From contig JAIRSL010000050.1 of assembly GCA_031255475.1 (NCBI GenBank), positions 1 to 24,965 on the forward strand: a stretch of DNA of 24,965 nt, written 5' to 3'. Shown here one piece after another: positions 9,313 to 19,176 of this stretch. Source of the stretch: Treponema sp. GTDB taxonomy: Bacteria; Spirochaetota; Spirochaetia; Treponematales; Breznakiellaceae. Numbering within the stretch: the first letter of the stretch is position 1; every line of letters starts with the position of its first letter. A program made the translations under genes and the position numbers. The notes below the pieces were generated by a model, which saw only the letters and a program-made list of their open reading frames with translations, was not told the DNA's origin and searched no databases.

Positions 9313-10344
9313 TTATTCCGCCGGTACATACCGCTTGGGATTGTTCGGTTTTCCGGGGGTAGCGCAGCTTGTGGCGGCGATGTACCAGTCCGCGGCAATG
9401 TCCCTGTCGGCGATAGTTTCGTCACGGCAGATGGAACGGGTGACGGTGGTGTTCCGGCTCAGGACGGCATCGGCCGGACCGGGGACGCCGCCGTCCTCGG
9501 AAATCCAGGCCCCGGTTTCCCCCAGGAGTTCCGCCGCCCGGGCCGTCTTTTCATCCTGCCACCAGGAATCGGCGGCAAAATCGCCGAAGATGAGGGCGTC
9601 GATAACGCGGTCATCCTGATCGGAAAAGAAAACGGCCCCGGCTTTCTTGGAGAGGCGTTTCTTGGACTCGGGTATCCAGAAGTCCAGGGCGTCCGGCTGG
9701 GCTTCGTTCTCCTTGGTATAGGGGACGGCTGCCGTATCGCCGCCGGTTTCGCTGATAAGGGAAGGGTCCAGGGTCCGCAGGTGTACCACCACGTATTCGC
9801 CGGCGCTCACGGCGGCGGGGGGAAACTCGAAAAGGGGCGTATCCAGGCCGTTTGCGGCGGTGAACATGCGCAAAGCCCCCAGGTTTCCGGCGGTCAACAT
9901 CCTGAGTTCCACGAATTCCACTTTTGGCTTGGAGTATTCGGTACGGACTTCGGTGATGATAAAGGACGGGAAGTTTTCGTTTCTTGTTCTGAAGGGGACC
10001 AGCACGTTCAAAGTGTTTCCGTCCCGGTCTTCAACCAGAATATCCGCCATGATTCGTTCGCCGCCGGGCGGCGGGTCTTGCAGCATAACCGTGACGGTCT
10101 CTCCATCCCTAACTTCGTCAATCTCCTGGGGAGGATCGAAGTTCAGGGACGTTACCGTTACGGGCAGGGAAAACTGAAAGGCGATTTCACGGGAAGAAAC
10201 CGCTTTGCAGCCGATAAAAACCGGCGGTTCCGCAGCGATGCCCAGGATTTGTTGTATGGCCGATTCGGTCGAACAGGAACAGGCGGAATTAATGAGCGCC
10301 GGCAGGGCGGCGCCCCACAACAGAAAGCGTAGTCTATTCTTCAT
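9313..10344 (-). CDS. lipoprotein with lamin-tail-domain (LTD)-like core
   Basis: 343 aa. Signal peptide MKNRLRFLLWGAALPALINSAC with Cys at the cleavage site (relaxed lipobox). 'PSFIITEVRTEYSKPKVEFVELRMLTAGNLG' matches the start of LTD folds (ITEV…EFVEL). C-terminal '…CATPGKPNNPK'. GGAGG Shine-Dalgarno 5 nt upstream. Confidence 0.6.
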   Translation of the reverse strand: MKNRLRFLLWGAALPALINSACSCSTESAIQQILGIAAEPPVFIGCKAVSSREIAFQFSLPVTVTSLNFDPPQEIDEVRDGETVTVMLQDPPPGGERIMADILVEDRDGNTLNVLVPFRTRNENFPSFIITEVRTEYSKPKVEFVELRMLTAGNLGALRMFTAANGLDTPLFEFPPAAVSAGEYVVVHLRTLDPSLISETGGDTAAVPYTKENEAQPDALDFWIPESKKRLSKKAGAVFFSDQDDRVIDALIFGDFAADSWWQDEKTARAAELLGETGAWISEDGGVPGPADAVLSRNTTVTRSICRDETIADRDIAADWYIAATSCATPGKPNNPKRYVPAE

Positions 10345-10808
10345 AATAGCCTCCGTACTATGTATGGATCGTTTTTGCCCGGCGCTTCGGGTTTTTGAAA
10401 AAATCAGATATGAACTTCCTCGGATTTATCTTGGTTGCCTTTCTTAAAATACTCCTTTGCTAACAGTGCCTGGTAATAAGCGTCTCATTTCAACCGCCAA
10501 TGCCTCCACGGTTACATTCGGCACAGGAACGGACGCGAATGCCGGCGGCAATATTGCCCATGACATAAGCAGCAACGGTCCGATTGTTTACACCACTTTA
10601 GCCGATTATCTCACAGCTATTGGACAGTAAAACTACAGTGAAGCGCAGGGACAGTTTCTTCGCAGCAGCCTCCGCGCTTTCCGGCGAAAACCTTAAGGGA
10701 ATTAATCGTCTTTGGGGCCGGAGACAGATCTCCCCGGCGGATGGAAGGGACGCGCAAATTTTTGCCCGGACGCTTGCCGTTTTCCGGCTGTTTTTTTATT
10801 TTATAGTC

Positions 10809-13430
10809 ATGGATTACGAAAAGTTTACGATAAAAGCGCGGGAGGCGTTGAATGACGCCGCCGCAATCGCGCAAAAAGAAGATCATTCCCAGGTTGAGAT
10901 TGAACATCTCCTTTTGGCCCTGCTCAGGCAGGAAGACGGGATAGTCCGGCCCCTGGTCGAACAGGCCGGCGCGGATGCGGAGAAACTTATCCGTGATACC
11001 GAGGCCCTCGCCGGGGCAAACCCCAAGGTGTACGGAGAGGCGGCGCAGATTTACTTTTCTTCCGCCGCGTCCAAGGTGTTGGCCAAGGCCGAGGCGGAGG
11101 CGGCGTCCCTCAAAGACGACTATGTTTCTACCGAGCATGTACTTATCGCCATTGCCGCCGGGGAAGGAAAAGCAGCGGAACTCCTCAAAAAAGCGGGGGT
11201 GACGAAGGCCGTAATCCTCGGCGCGTTGAAGCAGGTCCGGGGGAATGTCCGGGTGACTGATGAGAATCCCGAAGGCAAGTACCGGGTCCTGGACAAATAC
11301 TGCCGGGATCTTACCGCCCTGGCGCGGCAGGAAAAGCTGGACCCCGTGATAGGCCGGGACGAGGAGATACGCCGGGTCATGCAGGTCCTGTCCCGGCGGA
11401 CCAAGAACAACCCGGTCCTCATCGGGGAGCCGGGAGTGGGGAAGACGGCCATTGCCGAAGGGCTGGCCCGGCGTATCGTGGCCGGGGACGTGCCCGAAGG
11501 TCTCAAGGGGAAGAAACTCCTGGCCCTGGACCTGGGAGCGCTGGTGGCGGGGGCGAAGTTCCGGGGCGAATTTGAGGAACGCCTTAAGGCGGTGATTCAC
11601 GAGGTACAGGCTTCCGCCGGCACGATCATCCTGTTTATTGACGAACTCCACACCCTGGTGGGCGCGGGAGCCGCCGAGGGCGCTACCGACGCTTCCAACT
11701 TGTTAAAACCCGCCCTGGCCCGTGGGGAACTCCGGTGCATAGGCGCCACCACCCTGGACGAGTACCGCAGGCACATCGAAAAAGACGCGGCCCTGGAGCG
11801 GCGGTTCCAGCAGGTCTATACGGCGGAACCGACGGTGGAAGACACCATCGCTATTCTGCGGGGATTGCAGGAACGCTACGAGGTACACCACGGGGTGCGG
11901 ATCAAGGACGAAGCTCTGGTGGCGGCGGCGGCCCTGTCGAGCCGCTACATCACGAGCCGGTTCCTCCCCGACAAGGCAATAGACCTGGTGGACGAGGCCG
12001 CGAGCCGGCTCAAGATGGAACTGGACAGCCGGCCTACGGAACTGGACAAGCTGGAACGGAAACTCCTGCAGCTTTCCATAGAAAAACAGGCCCTGACCAG
12101 GGAAGAGGATGCGTCTTCCAGGGAACGCCTCGAAAGGCTGGAAAAGGAAATCGCCGACACGGGGGCCGAACGGGACGCCATGAAGACCCGGTGGGAGAAC
12201 GAGAAGAAGGACATCCAGGGCATCAGGGAACTCAAGCAGCAGATTGAAGAGTTTAAAATAGAAGAAACCCGGTACGAGCGGGAAGGGAATCTGACAAAAG
12301 CCGCGGAAGTGAAACACGGCAGGATTCCCGAGGCGCAGAAAAAACTCACCCGGCTTACTACGCAGATGGAAGACAAGCGGCGGGCTGCGGGCGCTTCGGC
12401 GCTGTTACGGGAAGAGGTGAGCGAGGAGGACATCGCCCGTGTGGTCTCCTCATGGACGGGCATACCGGTGTCGAAGATGCTGTCCGGGGAACTGGGGAAG
12501 TATCTGGATTTGGAAAAGGTGCTTGAACAGCGGGTGGTGGGCCAGGAACCGGCGGTAAAAGCCGTGGCGGACGCCATCCGGCGGAACAAGGCCGGGCTTT
12601 CCGATGAAGGCCGGCCCCTGGGGTCCTTCCTCTTCCTGGGGCCTACCGGAGTGGGCAAGACCGAACTTGCCAAAACCCTGGCGGAATTCCTTTTCAACGA
12701 GGAAAAGGCCCTGACCCGCATCGACATGAGCGAGTACGGCGAAAAACACTCGGTAAGCCGGCTCCTCGGCGCGCCGCCGGGCTACGTGGGGTATGAACAG
12801 GGCGGCCAGCTTACCGAAGCGGTACGCCGCCGGCCCTACAGCGTGATCCTCTTTGACGAGATCGAAAAGGCCCACCCGGAGGTCTTCAACGTGTTCCTCC
12901 AGATCCTGGACGACGGCCGCCTTACCGACGGCCAGGGACGGGTTGTGGATTTCAAGAACGTGATCATCATCATGACGAGCAATTTGGGTTCCGATCTGAT
13001 CCTGTCCGCCGGAACGGAGGCCGCTCCCGGCACGGAAGCCGCCCTGCGCGCATCCCTCATGGAACTCCTTAAACAGAGTTTCCGGCCCGAATTCCTAAAC
13101 CGCATCGACGAGACAGTGATATTTAACCGCCTGGGCCGGGATGAAATCGGGAAGATCCTCGACATCCAGTTTAACCGCCTGGCCGCCCGCGTTGCCGCGG
13201 GACGGAAGATCGCCCTTGCGCTTACCCGGTCCGCCAGGGACCTGCTGGCCGAACGGGGCTATGATCCCCTCTTCGGCGCCCGGCCGTTGAAGCGCACCAT
13301 CCAGGCGGAACTGGAGAACCCCCTGGCCAAAGCCATCATTGCCGGGACCGTCAGGGAAGGCGGCGCGGTTATCGCGGACCGCGCCCCGGATGGGGGAGGG
13401 CTAGTGTTTACGCCCGCCCCTAAAACCTGA
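10809..13430 (+). CDS. clpB: ATP-dependent chaperone/disaggregase ClpB
   Basis: 873 aa from ATG 10809 ([17 protein letters not shown]…). The track ORF begins at an in-frame TTG at 10620 but no Met precedes 10809. Two AAA+ modules ('[15 protein letters not shown]', '[15 protein letters not shown]'), long middle coiled-coil and ClpB N-domain. Confidence 0.95.
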   Translation: MDYEKFTIKAREALNDAAAIAQKEDHSQVEIEHLLLALLRQEDGIVRPLVEQAGADAEKLIRDTEALAGANPKVYGEAAQIYFSSAASKVLAKAEAEAASLKDDYVSTEHVLIAIAAGEGKAAELLKKAGVTKAVILGALKQVRGNVRVTDENPEGKYRVLDKYCRDLTALARQEKLDPVIGRDEEIRRVMQVLSRRTKNNPVLIGEPGVGKTAIAEGLARRIVAGDVPEGLKGKKLLALDLGALVAGAKFRGEFEERLKAVIHEVQASAGTIILFIDELHTLVGAGAAEGATDASNLLKPALARGELRCIGATTLDEYRRHIEKDAALERRFQQVYTAEPTVEDTIAILRGLQERYEVHHGVRIKDEALVAAAALSSRYITSRFLPDKAIDLVDEAASRLKMELDSRPTELDKLERKLLQLSIEKQALTREEDASSRERLERLEKEIADTGAERDAMKTRWENEKKDIQGIRELKQQIEEFKIEETRYEREGNLTKAAEVKHGRIPEAQKKLTRLTTQMEDKRRAAGASALLREEVSEEDIARVVSSWTGIPVSKMLSGELGKYLDLEKVLEQRVVGQEPAVKAVADAIRRNKAGLSDEGRPLGSFLFLGPTGVGKTELAKTLAEFLFNEEKALTRIDMSEYGEKHSVSRLLGAPPGYVGYEQGGQLTEAVRRRPYSVILFDEIEKAHPEVFNVFLQILDDGRLTDGQGRVVDFKNVIIIMTSNLGSDLILSAGTEAAPGTEAALRASLMELLKQSFRPEFLNRIDETVIFNRLGRDEIGKILDIQFNRLAARVAAGRKIALALTRSARDLLAERGYDPLFGARPLKRTIQAELENPLAKAIIAGTVREGGAVIADRAPDGGGLVFTPAPKT

Positions 13431-14571
13431 GCCGTCCCGACAGGGTTAGCAGCGCCCGCGAGCCCGCCGCGTGTCCCGGCGGGAGGGGCCCCAGTTCCCC
13501 GGCGGCGTCTTCCGCGCCGAAAACCTCCCGGTCCAGGGGGACGCGGACGGTAAGGCCCAGGGTAAAGCCCTGAAACAGTTCGTATTCCGCCGTAAGAATG
13601 GGGGAAAACGACCAGTCATCGAAGCAGATCATCCCGGCAAGGCCCGTGGCGGTGTAATCGTTCCAGCTATACCGGAGCAGGGCGTACAGGTAGTTCCGGT
13701 TGGCAAGACCCGCCCCTTCCGCCGTGGACGAAGCGGAACCGCTGTAGAGGTATTCCGCCAGTGCGTAGAATTTGCCGTCATAAAACGAGTAGTCAAGGCC
13801 GGCGCAGGCGGCCAGCCCTTCGATTCCCGTTCCCCCATCGTGGTCGTAGGTGTAGAGCGCGTCCGCCAGAAGGCCCGCGCCCGCTTCCGCCTTGAGGGAA
13901 AGGCCCATCCGGTGTATCCCCAGGGCGCTCCCTTCATTTGGGGTCTCGTAGGCGTACAGGCCCTGGACGCTTAGCCGGTTCCAGTGCTGTTCCCCGGTGA
14001 GGCCGAAGCGGAATCCTTTACCGGTACTCAGGCTGTCCCTCGGGGCCGCGCCGAAAACCAGGAACTTCGCGGCGTCCCCCGGAAAGGCCGCCGCCGCCGC
14101 GCCCAGAACGGCACGGGGCCGGGCGTCGGGGAAGCGGGGGTCACGGGGATTGAGGAAATCCATAGGCCCCCACGCCTGGCCGAACCCAAAGGCCAAACGC
14201 ATAAGCCCGGCGTCCAGGTCAACATATTCGCTGTTGAGCCTGACATAGAGGCGTTCCGGTTCTATGGCGGCGGCGTAGTTGTCCCCCGCCGCGCTCAGGG
14301 AGGACGGATTAGCGCGAAGGGGTACGGCGGAAGTACCTGCGGCGGCGATTATGTTGAAGGCCCCGTAAAAAACCGCTCGGTTCCGGATTTTAGCCTGAAT
14401 TCGGAAATTCGCGTATTCTTCCAGCCCAAAGGCCGCGACCGGCGCGTCCCCCGCTCCGGCGCTGTACGTCATCTTGCTGTCCAGTATTCCCGAAAATACG
14501 GGCTCCTGGCCGAACCCCGCCGAGGACAGGAAAACCGCAAGAAGCGCAAAAACTATCTTCTTCATCTTCAT
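13420..14571 (-). CDS. predicted outer-membrane beta-barrel protein (last gene of the GntR-controlled operon)
   Basis: About 383 aa from '[21 protein letters not shown]' (signal peptide; GGAGG 6 nt upstream; the track ORF has 10 extra codons). Gly/aromatic-rich alternating strands and C-terminal '…LSGRLRF' with terminal Phe as in OM beta-barrels. 3' end overlaps the convergent clpB 3' end by ~11 nt. Confidence 0.5.
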   Translation of the reverse strand: MKMKKIVFALLAVFLSSAGFGQEPVFSGILDSKMTYSAGAGDAPVAAFGLEEYANFRIQAKIRNRAVFYGAFNIIAAAGTSAVPLRANPSSLSAAGDNYAAAIEPERLYVRLNSEYVDLDAGLMRLAFGFGQAWGPMDFLNPRDPRFPDARPRAVLGAAAAAFPGDAAKFLVFGAAPRDSLSTGKGFRFGLTGEQHWNRLSVQGLYAYETPNEGSALGIHRMGLSLKAEAGAGLLADALYTYDHDGGTGIEGLAACAGLDYSFYDGKFYALAEYLYSGSASSTAEGAGLANRNYLYALLRYSWNDYTATGLAGMICFDDWSFSPILTAEYELFQGFTLGLTVRVPLDREVFGAEDAAGELGPLPPGHAAGSRALLTLSGRLRF

Positions 14572-14597
14572 CTCTAACCTCCGCGGCCGCGCCGTTG

Positions 14598-15359
14598 TCA
14601 CCGTTCCAGATTCCGGGTACTGAACACCGAATCGGCGATAGGCCGGTCCAAAACCGCGTTCCGCATAATCATGGTAGTTTTGCTGTTTTTCCGCAGAAGG
14701 TCCCGTATTTCGATTTCCGTAGGAAACCGCCGGCCGCTTAACACTTCCACCCGCAAGAGATTGTACTCCTTGAGCTTTGTGCCCGAAAGGGCAAAGAGTT
14801 CATAGCGGAGACAGTCGCCGGTTTCCTTGTCGATCCAGAGTTTTCGTTTCGGGTAGCTTTCGGTCCGCTTTTTCGCGGTAAGGTCAAGTATCCAGCAGTC
14901 CCGGAGCGCGCCGTTAAAGGTCCATGTTTCGGAACCGCCTACGGCCGGATTATACCGGGCGGACAGTTTTTCGTTTTCTATGGTGTCTTCGTAGGACATG
15001 TCGGAACCCATCATGCTTTCCTTAAGCATGTGTCCTGAAATCAACATCACTTCCTCGGTGTCCGGGGAATACACATAGAGACGGCCGCCTTTTTTGAGGT
15101 ACTTGGTCCCCCGGTCTTCCGGATTGACAAATTCAATAAAGCTGTCGGAATTTTCCCTGGCCCAGACCTTCATGCTTTTTACGAACCGCTTGTTTTGATA
15201 CTCGATGATCATCTCCCCATCGTATTCGATGGAGGCGTATATTTCGTTGTCGTCCACACGGCGCAGCAATTCCGCCGCGGAGGGCGCCTGGGCATGGACG
15301 GTTACACCCGCCCATAAAGCAAATAAAACCGCCGGTACTGTTACGTTCATTTTCATCAC
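14598..15359 (-). CDS. LolA-like periplasmic 'outer-membrane lipoprotein-sorting' family protein
   Basis: 253 aa. Signal peptide MMKMNVTVPAVLFALWAGVTVHA. Conserved LolA_like family blocks (…LYVYSPDTEEVMLISGHMLKESMMGSDMSYEDT…CWILDLTAKK…KLWIDKETG…) typical of proteins annotated 'outer membrane lipoprotein-sorting protein', which cluster with FtsX/MacB transporters. Confidence 0.65.
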   Translation of the reverse strand: MMKMNVTVPAVLFALWAGVTVHAQAPSAAELLRRVDDNEIYASIEYDGEMIIEYQNKRFVKSMKVWARENSDSFIEFVNPEDRGTKYLKKGGRLYVYSPDTEEVMLISGHMLKESMMGSDMSYEDTIENEKLSARYNPAVGGSETWTFNGALRDCWILDLTAKKRTESYPKRKLWIDKETGDCLRYELFALSGTKLKEYNLLRVEVLSGRRFPTEIEIRDLLRKNSKTTMIMRNAVLDRPIADSVFSTRNLER

Positions 15360-15411
15360 AAACCTCCAATTAGCAATTAACAGGCAGCGACAAACGCTGT
15401 CTGTTCTGTTA

Positions 15412-16686
15412 CTACCTTCTCAACGCTTCCACCGGTTCCACAAAGGCGCTTTTCAGGCTGGGGAACAGGGTGAACGCCGACGCGGTAAGTACGCCCAAAA
15501 GCCAGCTTCGCAGCAGGCCGGCGAAACTGAAATCGAAGAATATGGCGTTGGCGGCGGGCATCTCGGCAAAGGTGCTTTCCCCGGCAATGGCGGTCCAGCG
15601 CAGGGGGAAGAACTGGCCTATGCCGGTGAGGATGCCGCCCAGGATTACGCCCCCGGTAGCGCCGGCCATGGCGAGGAACAGGGACTCGAAGAAGAAGACT
15701 CCCGCGATTTCCCCCCGCGTCATGCCCAGGCTTCCCATCATGCCTATTTCCTTGATCCGCTCGTGGATGATCATCGTAATGGTGTTGACGATGAGGAAAC
15801 AGGCCACGATGAGGAAGACGAGATATATCATGTAGAACAGGGGCTCGTACATATTCATCATGACGATCCAGTACTGATCCCGCCATTCGGTAATCACGTC
15901 GCCGGGGCCTAAAATTTTTTCCATTTCCGCCGCTATGCGCCCGCTCTGTTTTGGCGAACCGGCGTAGACGATGATCTGCTGGGCCGCGTCGTCCAGCACG
16001 AGGAGGCGCTGCAAGCGGCTAAAGTCCACGATGATGGTCTCGGCGTCGACCTTGGCGTAATCGAAACGGAAGATGCCGCTGATTACCGGGGCCCACATCT
16101 TGTCGGAGAACTGGGCGGACACGGTTTTCAGCGGAATCCGGTCGCCGGGTTTAAGGCCCGTCTTTTCCGCGAAACGCAGCCCTATGGCACATTCGTTGCT
16201 GTCCGGAGCGGGCCAGCGGCCTTCCAGGAGGCCGTCGTTCCTGTCGGTAAGGTTGAAGTTGTTTATCTTCCGTTCTTCTTCCATGTTCAAGCCCCAGAGG
16301 ACGGCGTGTTTGACCAGGCTCTCCTGAAGGGTGGCGTACGCCGATATGCGGGGGAAGACCGCCTTGACGCCGGGGATGGCCCGGATCTGCTCCGTCACCG
16401 CCCTCAGGCTCCGGCCCTCCGCCGCCGGGTACTGTACGGGGCTGTATTCGCTTTCCGCCTCGTACTGGGCCGATACCGCCCGTACATGGCCCAGTTCAAA
16501 AACCTGTACCACCTCGTGCATACTCTTCAGCGCCCCCGCGATGAGGGACGAATAAAAGACGATGAAAAACACGGCGATCCCCACGGCCGCCACGCAGAAC
16601 ATGGTCCGCCTGAAATTCCTGAAAATATTCCTGAAGGCGATGGTGATAATCATCCCCGTTCCGCCCTGCGGATAATTGCCGTTCAT
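15412..16686 (-). CDS. ABC transporter permease, FtsX/MacB family (shorter paralogue)
   Basis: About 424 aa from MNGNYPQGGTGMIITIAFRNIFRNF… (GGAGGG 5 nt upstream; alternative ATG at 16653). N-terminal TM, periplasmic domain, C-terminal FtsX 4-helix module '…IHERIKEIGMMGSLGMTRGEIAGVFFFESLFLAMAGATGGVILG…'. Confidence 0.8.
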   Translation of the reverse strand: MNGNYPQGGTGMIITIAFRNIFRNFRRTMFCVAAVGIAVFFIVFYSSLIAGALKSMHEVVQVFELGHVRAVSAQYEAESEYSPVQYPAAEGRSLRAVTEQIRAIPGVKAVFPRISAYATLQESLVKHAVLWGLNMEEERKINNFNLTDRNDGLLEGRWPAPDSNECAIGLRFAEKTGLKPGDRIPLKTVSAQFSDKMWAPVISGIFRFDYAKVDAETIIVDFSRLQRLLVLDDAAQQIIVYAGSPKQSGRIAAEMEKILGPGDVITEWRDQYWIVMMNMYEPLFYMIYLVFLIVACFLIVNTITMIIHERIKEIGMMGSLGMTRGEIAGVFFFESLFLAMAGATGGVILGGILTGIGQFFPLRWTAIAGESTFAEMPAANAIFFDFSFAGLLRSWLLGVLTASAFTLFPSLKSAFVEPVEALRR

Positions 16687-16751
16687 ATAAACCCTCCGTA
16701 TACCATCTGTTATACCCCGCCGGTATCTTACGTTCACCCGAACCGTAAACG

Positions 16752-18482
16752 TCATTCAAACCGCAAACTTGCCGCGATCTCCATCTTTGCCGCACGGCGG
16801 GCGGGGAGATACGCCATAAGGGACGCAAGGATCGTGGCCGTGGCGCCGCTGCCGATAATGACCCCCGGCCTCCAGGTTCCCCGGAAGTTCCCCGCGATCC
16901 GGTAGCCCATATTGCCCCCCATCTGTTCCAGCATTTCCGAAAAGTCGACGCCGTACTTGACCATGGGGATATTGATGAGGCAGCCGGCGATGATGCCCAG
17001 GACGGAACCGGTAAGCCCCAGAAGGCCCGCTTCTATCATGAAGGTGAAGATTAGCTGGCTGTCCGTCATGCCCAGCGCCCGCATCATGCCGATCTCCTTT
17101 GTCCGTTCCAGAATGGCCAGCAGCATGGTGTTGGAAATACCGATAAATGCCAGGAGAAAAAGGAGGACGGAAAATATTTTTGTCGATCCCGATTCCATGG
17201 CCTCGTAGCCCAGGTAGTCCTGCACGTAGTCCGTCCAGACAAACACGTCCAGAGCATCGTCAAGCCGCGTCCCCCGTTCCGCAAGCCCCGCGTCCAGGGC
17301 GGCGCGGATGGCCGCTTTGGTTTCGATTTGGCTGTTCATGTCCGCCGCCCCCATGGTCTTGTCCCGAATCAAAAGTTCCGTGACCCGGCCTCCCAGCATC
17401 ATTCCCGCCTCGTCCTGTAAAACATCCAGGGGCATGTAGGCGATGTTGTAGTTGTTGAACGGGTCCGGGGAGTTCACGAGGCCCACCACTTTGGCGTTGA
17501 TTACCTGGTTCACATGCCGTACCGCTCCTGAAAAACCGGCGCGGATCATGGCGGTCAGGACCGCTTCCTGTTTCGCGGGATCTTCCTCCACAAGCAGATA
17601 CGTTCCGGTGAGTTCGTCAAACTCGTAAGCCGCGCCCGCCAGGTCCCGCTCTTCCCCGCTCAAAAACGGCTGGAGATCCGCATCCCACTTGTCCTGCCGG
17701 ATAGAGTCCGGGGCCATCTTGTAGTCGATGACCGTGGAGATCCGCACGTCGTTGCGGCCTGTCCGGTCAACAAGGTCCCAGAGCCGGTCCAGGTCCGCTC
17801 TTGGAAGGTCCCGCTTCAGGATCAGCCGGCCCCTGGCCCGCTCCCCGGCGTATTCCCGGTTTTCCCCGAATTGGGTTTTGGTTTCCATGGGGGCGTAACA
17901 GGCGCGGATAAAGGCTTCTTCGGCAAGGTCAAAACCGCCCGGTTCAATCAGATCCTCCAGTTCTTCCGCCAGGGGCCGGGTGGGGACGCCCGCCTTGAGT
18001 TTGTCCGCAGTCATCAGTCCCAGGGCAATGCCGAACTCGCCGTTCCTGATAAAGCGGCCCAGTTCAACATACGGCGTATAGGCCAGGGTCCGCGCCTCCG
18101 AAGCGGGATCGCAGGCGTTTACCACCAGGGGCGCGGAACCGGTAAGGGAATGAAGCGTCCCCGAAAAGGCGTAGCGGGGGGCGGTGTGGTAACCCGCTTC
18201 GTCAAGGACGGCGGCGTACTCCTCCCAGCCCGGAAAGGTTTCGTATCCGGGCAGTTCGTCCTTCTTATCGAAGTAGAGTTTGGTTTGCAGCTTCGCCGCC
18301 CCGGTCTCGTAGTTGATGATGTTCCGCCGGGATTCGAGGAACATCCCTCCGATCCAGCTGTCCATCCAGATATAGACCGTAACGCTCACCATAATGGCCG
18401 CGCAGGTAAGGACGGTCTTTACGGTGTGCCGGGTCAGATTGCGGAAGGCAATGCGCTTTAATTCGATTATGCTTGACACCAT
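16752..18482 (-). CDS. ABC transporter permease, FtsX/MacB family (long paralogue with ~400-aa periplasmic domain)
   Basis: 576 aa. 'IAFRNLTRHTVKTVLTCAAIMVSV' N-terminal TM and C-terminal '…ERTKEIGMMRALGMTDSQLIFTFMIEAGLLGLTGSVLGIIAG…' FtsX module. Starts 4 nt after the ATPase stop. Confidence 0.8.
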   Translation of the reverse strand: MVSSIIELKRIAFRNLTRHTVKTVLTCAAIMVSVTVYIWMDSWIGGMFLESRRNIINYETGAAKLQTKLYFDKKDELPGYETFPGWEEYAAVLDEAGYHTAPRYAFSGTLHSLTGSAPLVVNACDPASEARTLAYTPYVELGRFIRNGEFGIALGLMTADKLKAGVPTRPLAEELEDLIEPGGFDLAEEAFIRACYAPMETKTQFGENREYAGERARGRLILKRDLPRADLDRLWDLVDRTGRNDVRISTVIDYKMAPDSIRQDKWDADLQPFLSGEERDLAGAAYEFDELTGTYLLVEEDPAKQEAVLTAMIRAGFSGAVRHVNQVINAKVVGLVNSPDPFNNYNIAYMPLDVLQDEAGMMLGGRVTELLIRDKTMGAADMNSQIETKAAIRAALDAGLAERGTRLDDALDVFVWTDYVQDYLGYEAMESGSTKIFSVLLFLLAFIGISNTMLLAILERTKEIGMMRALGMTDSQLIFTFMIEAGLLGLTGSVLGIIAGCLINIPMVKYGVDFSEMLEQMGGNMGYRIAGNFRGTWRPGVIIGSGATATILASLMAYLPARRAAKMEIAASLRFE

Positions 18483-18486
18483 AAAA

Positions 18487-19176
18487 CTACCCCTGTTTTA
18501 CTTCGTCCGACTCGATCCGGCCGTCGCGGATGTGAATAAGCCTGCGGGCAAAGTCCATGACCATCTGATCATGGGTAGAGAAGATGAAGGTGGTCCCTTC
18601 GCTCTTGTTGAGCCGCGCCATAAGTTCCAGAATTTCCCGGCCTATACTGGAGTCCAGGTTTGCCGTGGGCTCGTCCGCCAGTATCAGCGCCGGTTTCTTC
18701 ACCAGGGCGCGGGCAATGGCCACCCGCTGCTGCTGGCCGCCGGACATTTCTTTGGGTCGCCGTTTTTCCATTCCCTCAAGGCCCACCTGCGCAAGGGCTT
18801 CCGCCGCCCGCTCCCGTATTTCCCGCTTGTCCGTCCCCAAAAGGGTGAGGGGAAACGCGATATTCTCCAGCACCGAGAGTACCGGGATAAGGTTGTAGGC
18901 CTGGAAGATGAAACCTATGCTGTGCCGCCTGAGCAGGGCGAGTTGTTTTTTGGACATATTCGCCGTGTCCCGGCCGCCTATGCGTATGGAACCCTCGGTG
19001 ATGACGTCCAGGCATCCTGCCAGGTGGAGGAAGGTGGACTTGCCGCTCCCGGAAGGGCCGGCAATGGCCGCAAAATCCCCGCTTTCAAAGTTCACGGTTA
19101 CTCCCCGCAGGGCGTGAATGACGGTCCCGTTGAGGCCGTAATCCTTTACCACATTTTCCGCGGCAACGACGTTCAT
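18487..19176 (-). CDS. ABC transporter ATP-binding protein, MacB/LolD type
   Basis: 229 aa. Walker A 'GPSGSGKST', ABC signature 'LSGGQQQRVAIARAL', Walker B 'ILADEPT'. GGAGGAG Shine-Dalgarno. Its ATG overlaps the upstream SPFH gene's TGA (ATGA). Confidence 0.9.
   Translation of the reverse strand: MNVVAAENVVKDYGLNGTVIHALRGVTVNFESGDFAAIAGPSGSGKSTFLHLAGCLDVITEGSIRIGGRDTANMSKKQLALLRRHSIGFIFQAYNLIPVLSVLENIAFPLTLLGTDKREIRERAAEALAQVGLEGMEKRRPKEMSGGQQQRVAIARALVKKPALILADEPTANLDSSIGREILELMARLNKSEGTTFIFSTHDQMVMDFARRLIHIRDGRIESDEVKQG

Noticed and set aside
10374-10398. Short hairpin CCCG-gcgctt-CGGG followed by TTTTT on the plus strand, upstream of the lipoprotein gene
   Set aside because: Only a 4-bp stem, and no plus-strand gene ends there. 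It is probably fortuitous.
10620-10808. TTG-initiated N-terminal extension of clpB in the ORF track
   Set aside because: No ATG/GTG with a Shine-Dalgarno in that stretch. ClpB homologues start at the MDYEKFT… position. The open frame is most simply chance in GC-rich DNA.
13380-13440. Apparent 1-nt inconsistency between the printed sequence line 13381-13440 and the ORF-track frames of clpB and the OMP
   Set aside because: By my manual count the printed line reads as if one base were inserted at its start and one lost at its end. Flanking lines agree with the track. I cannot resolve this without tools, so I used the track's coordinates. It is not interpreted as a biological frameshift.
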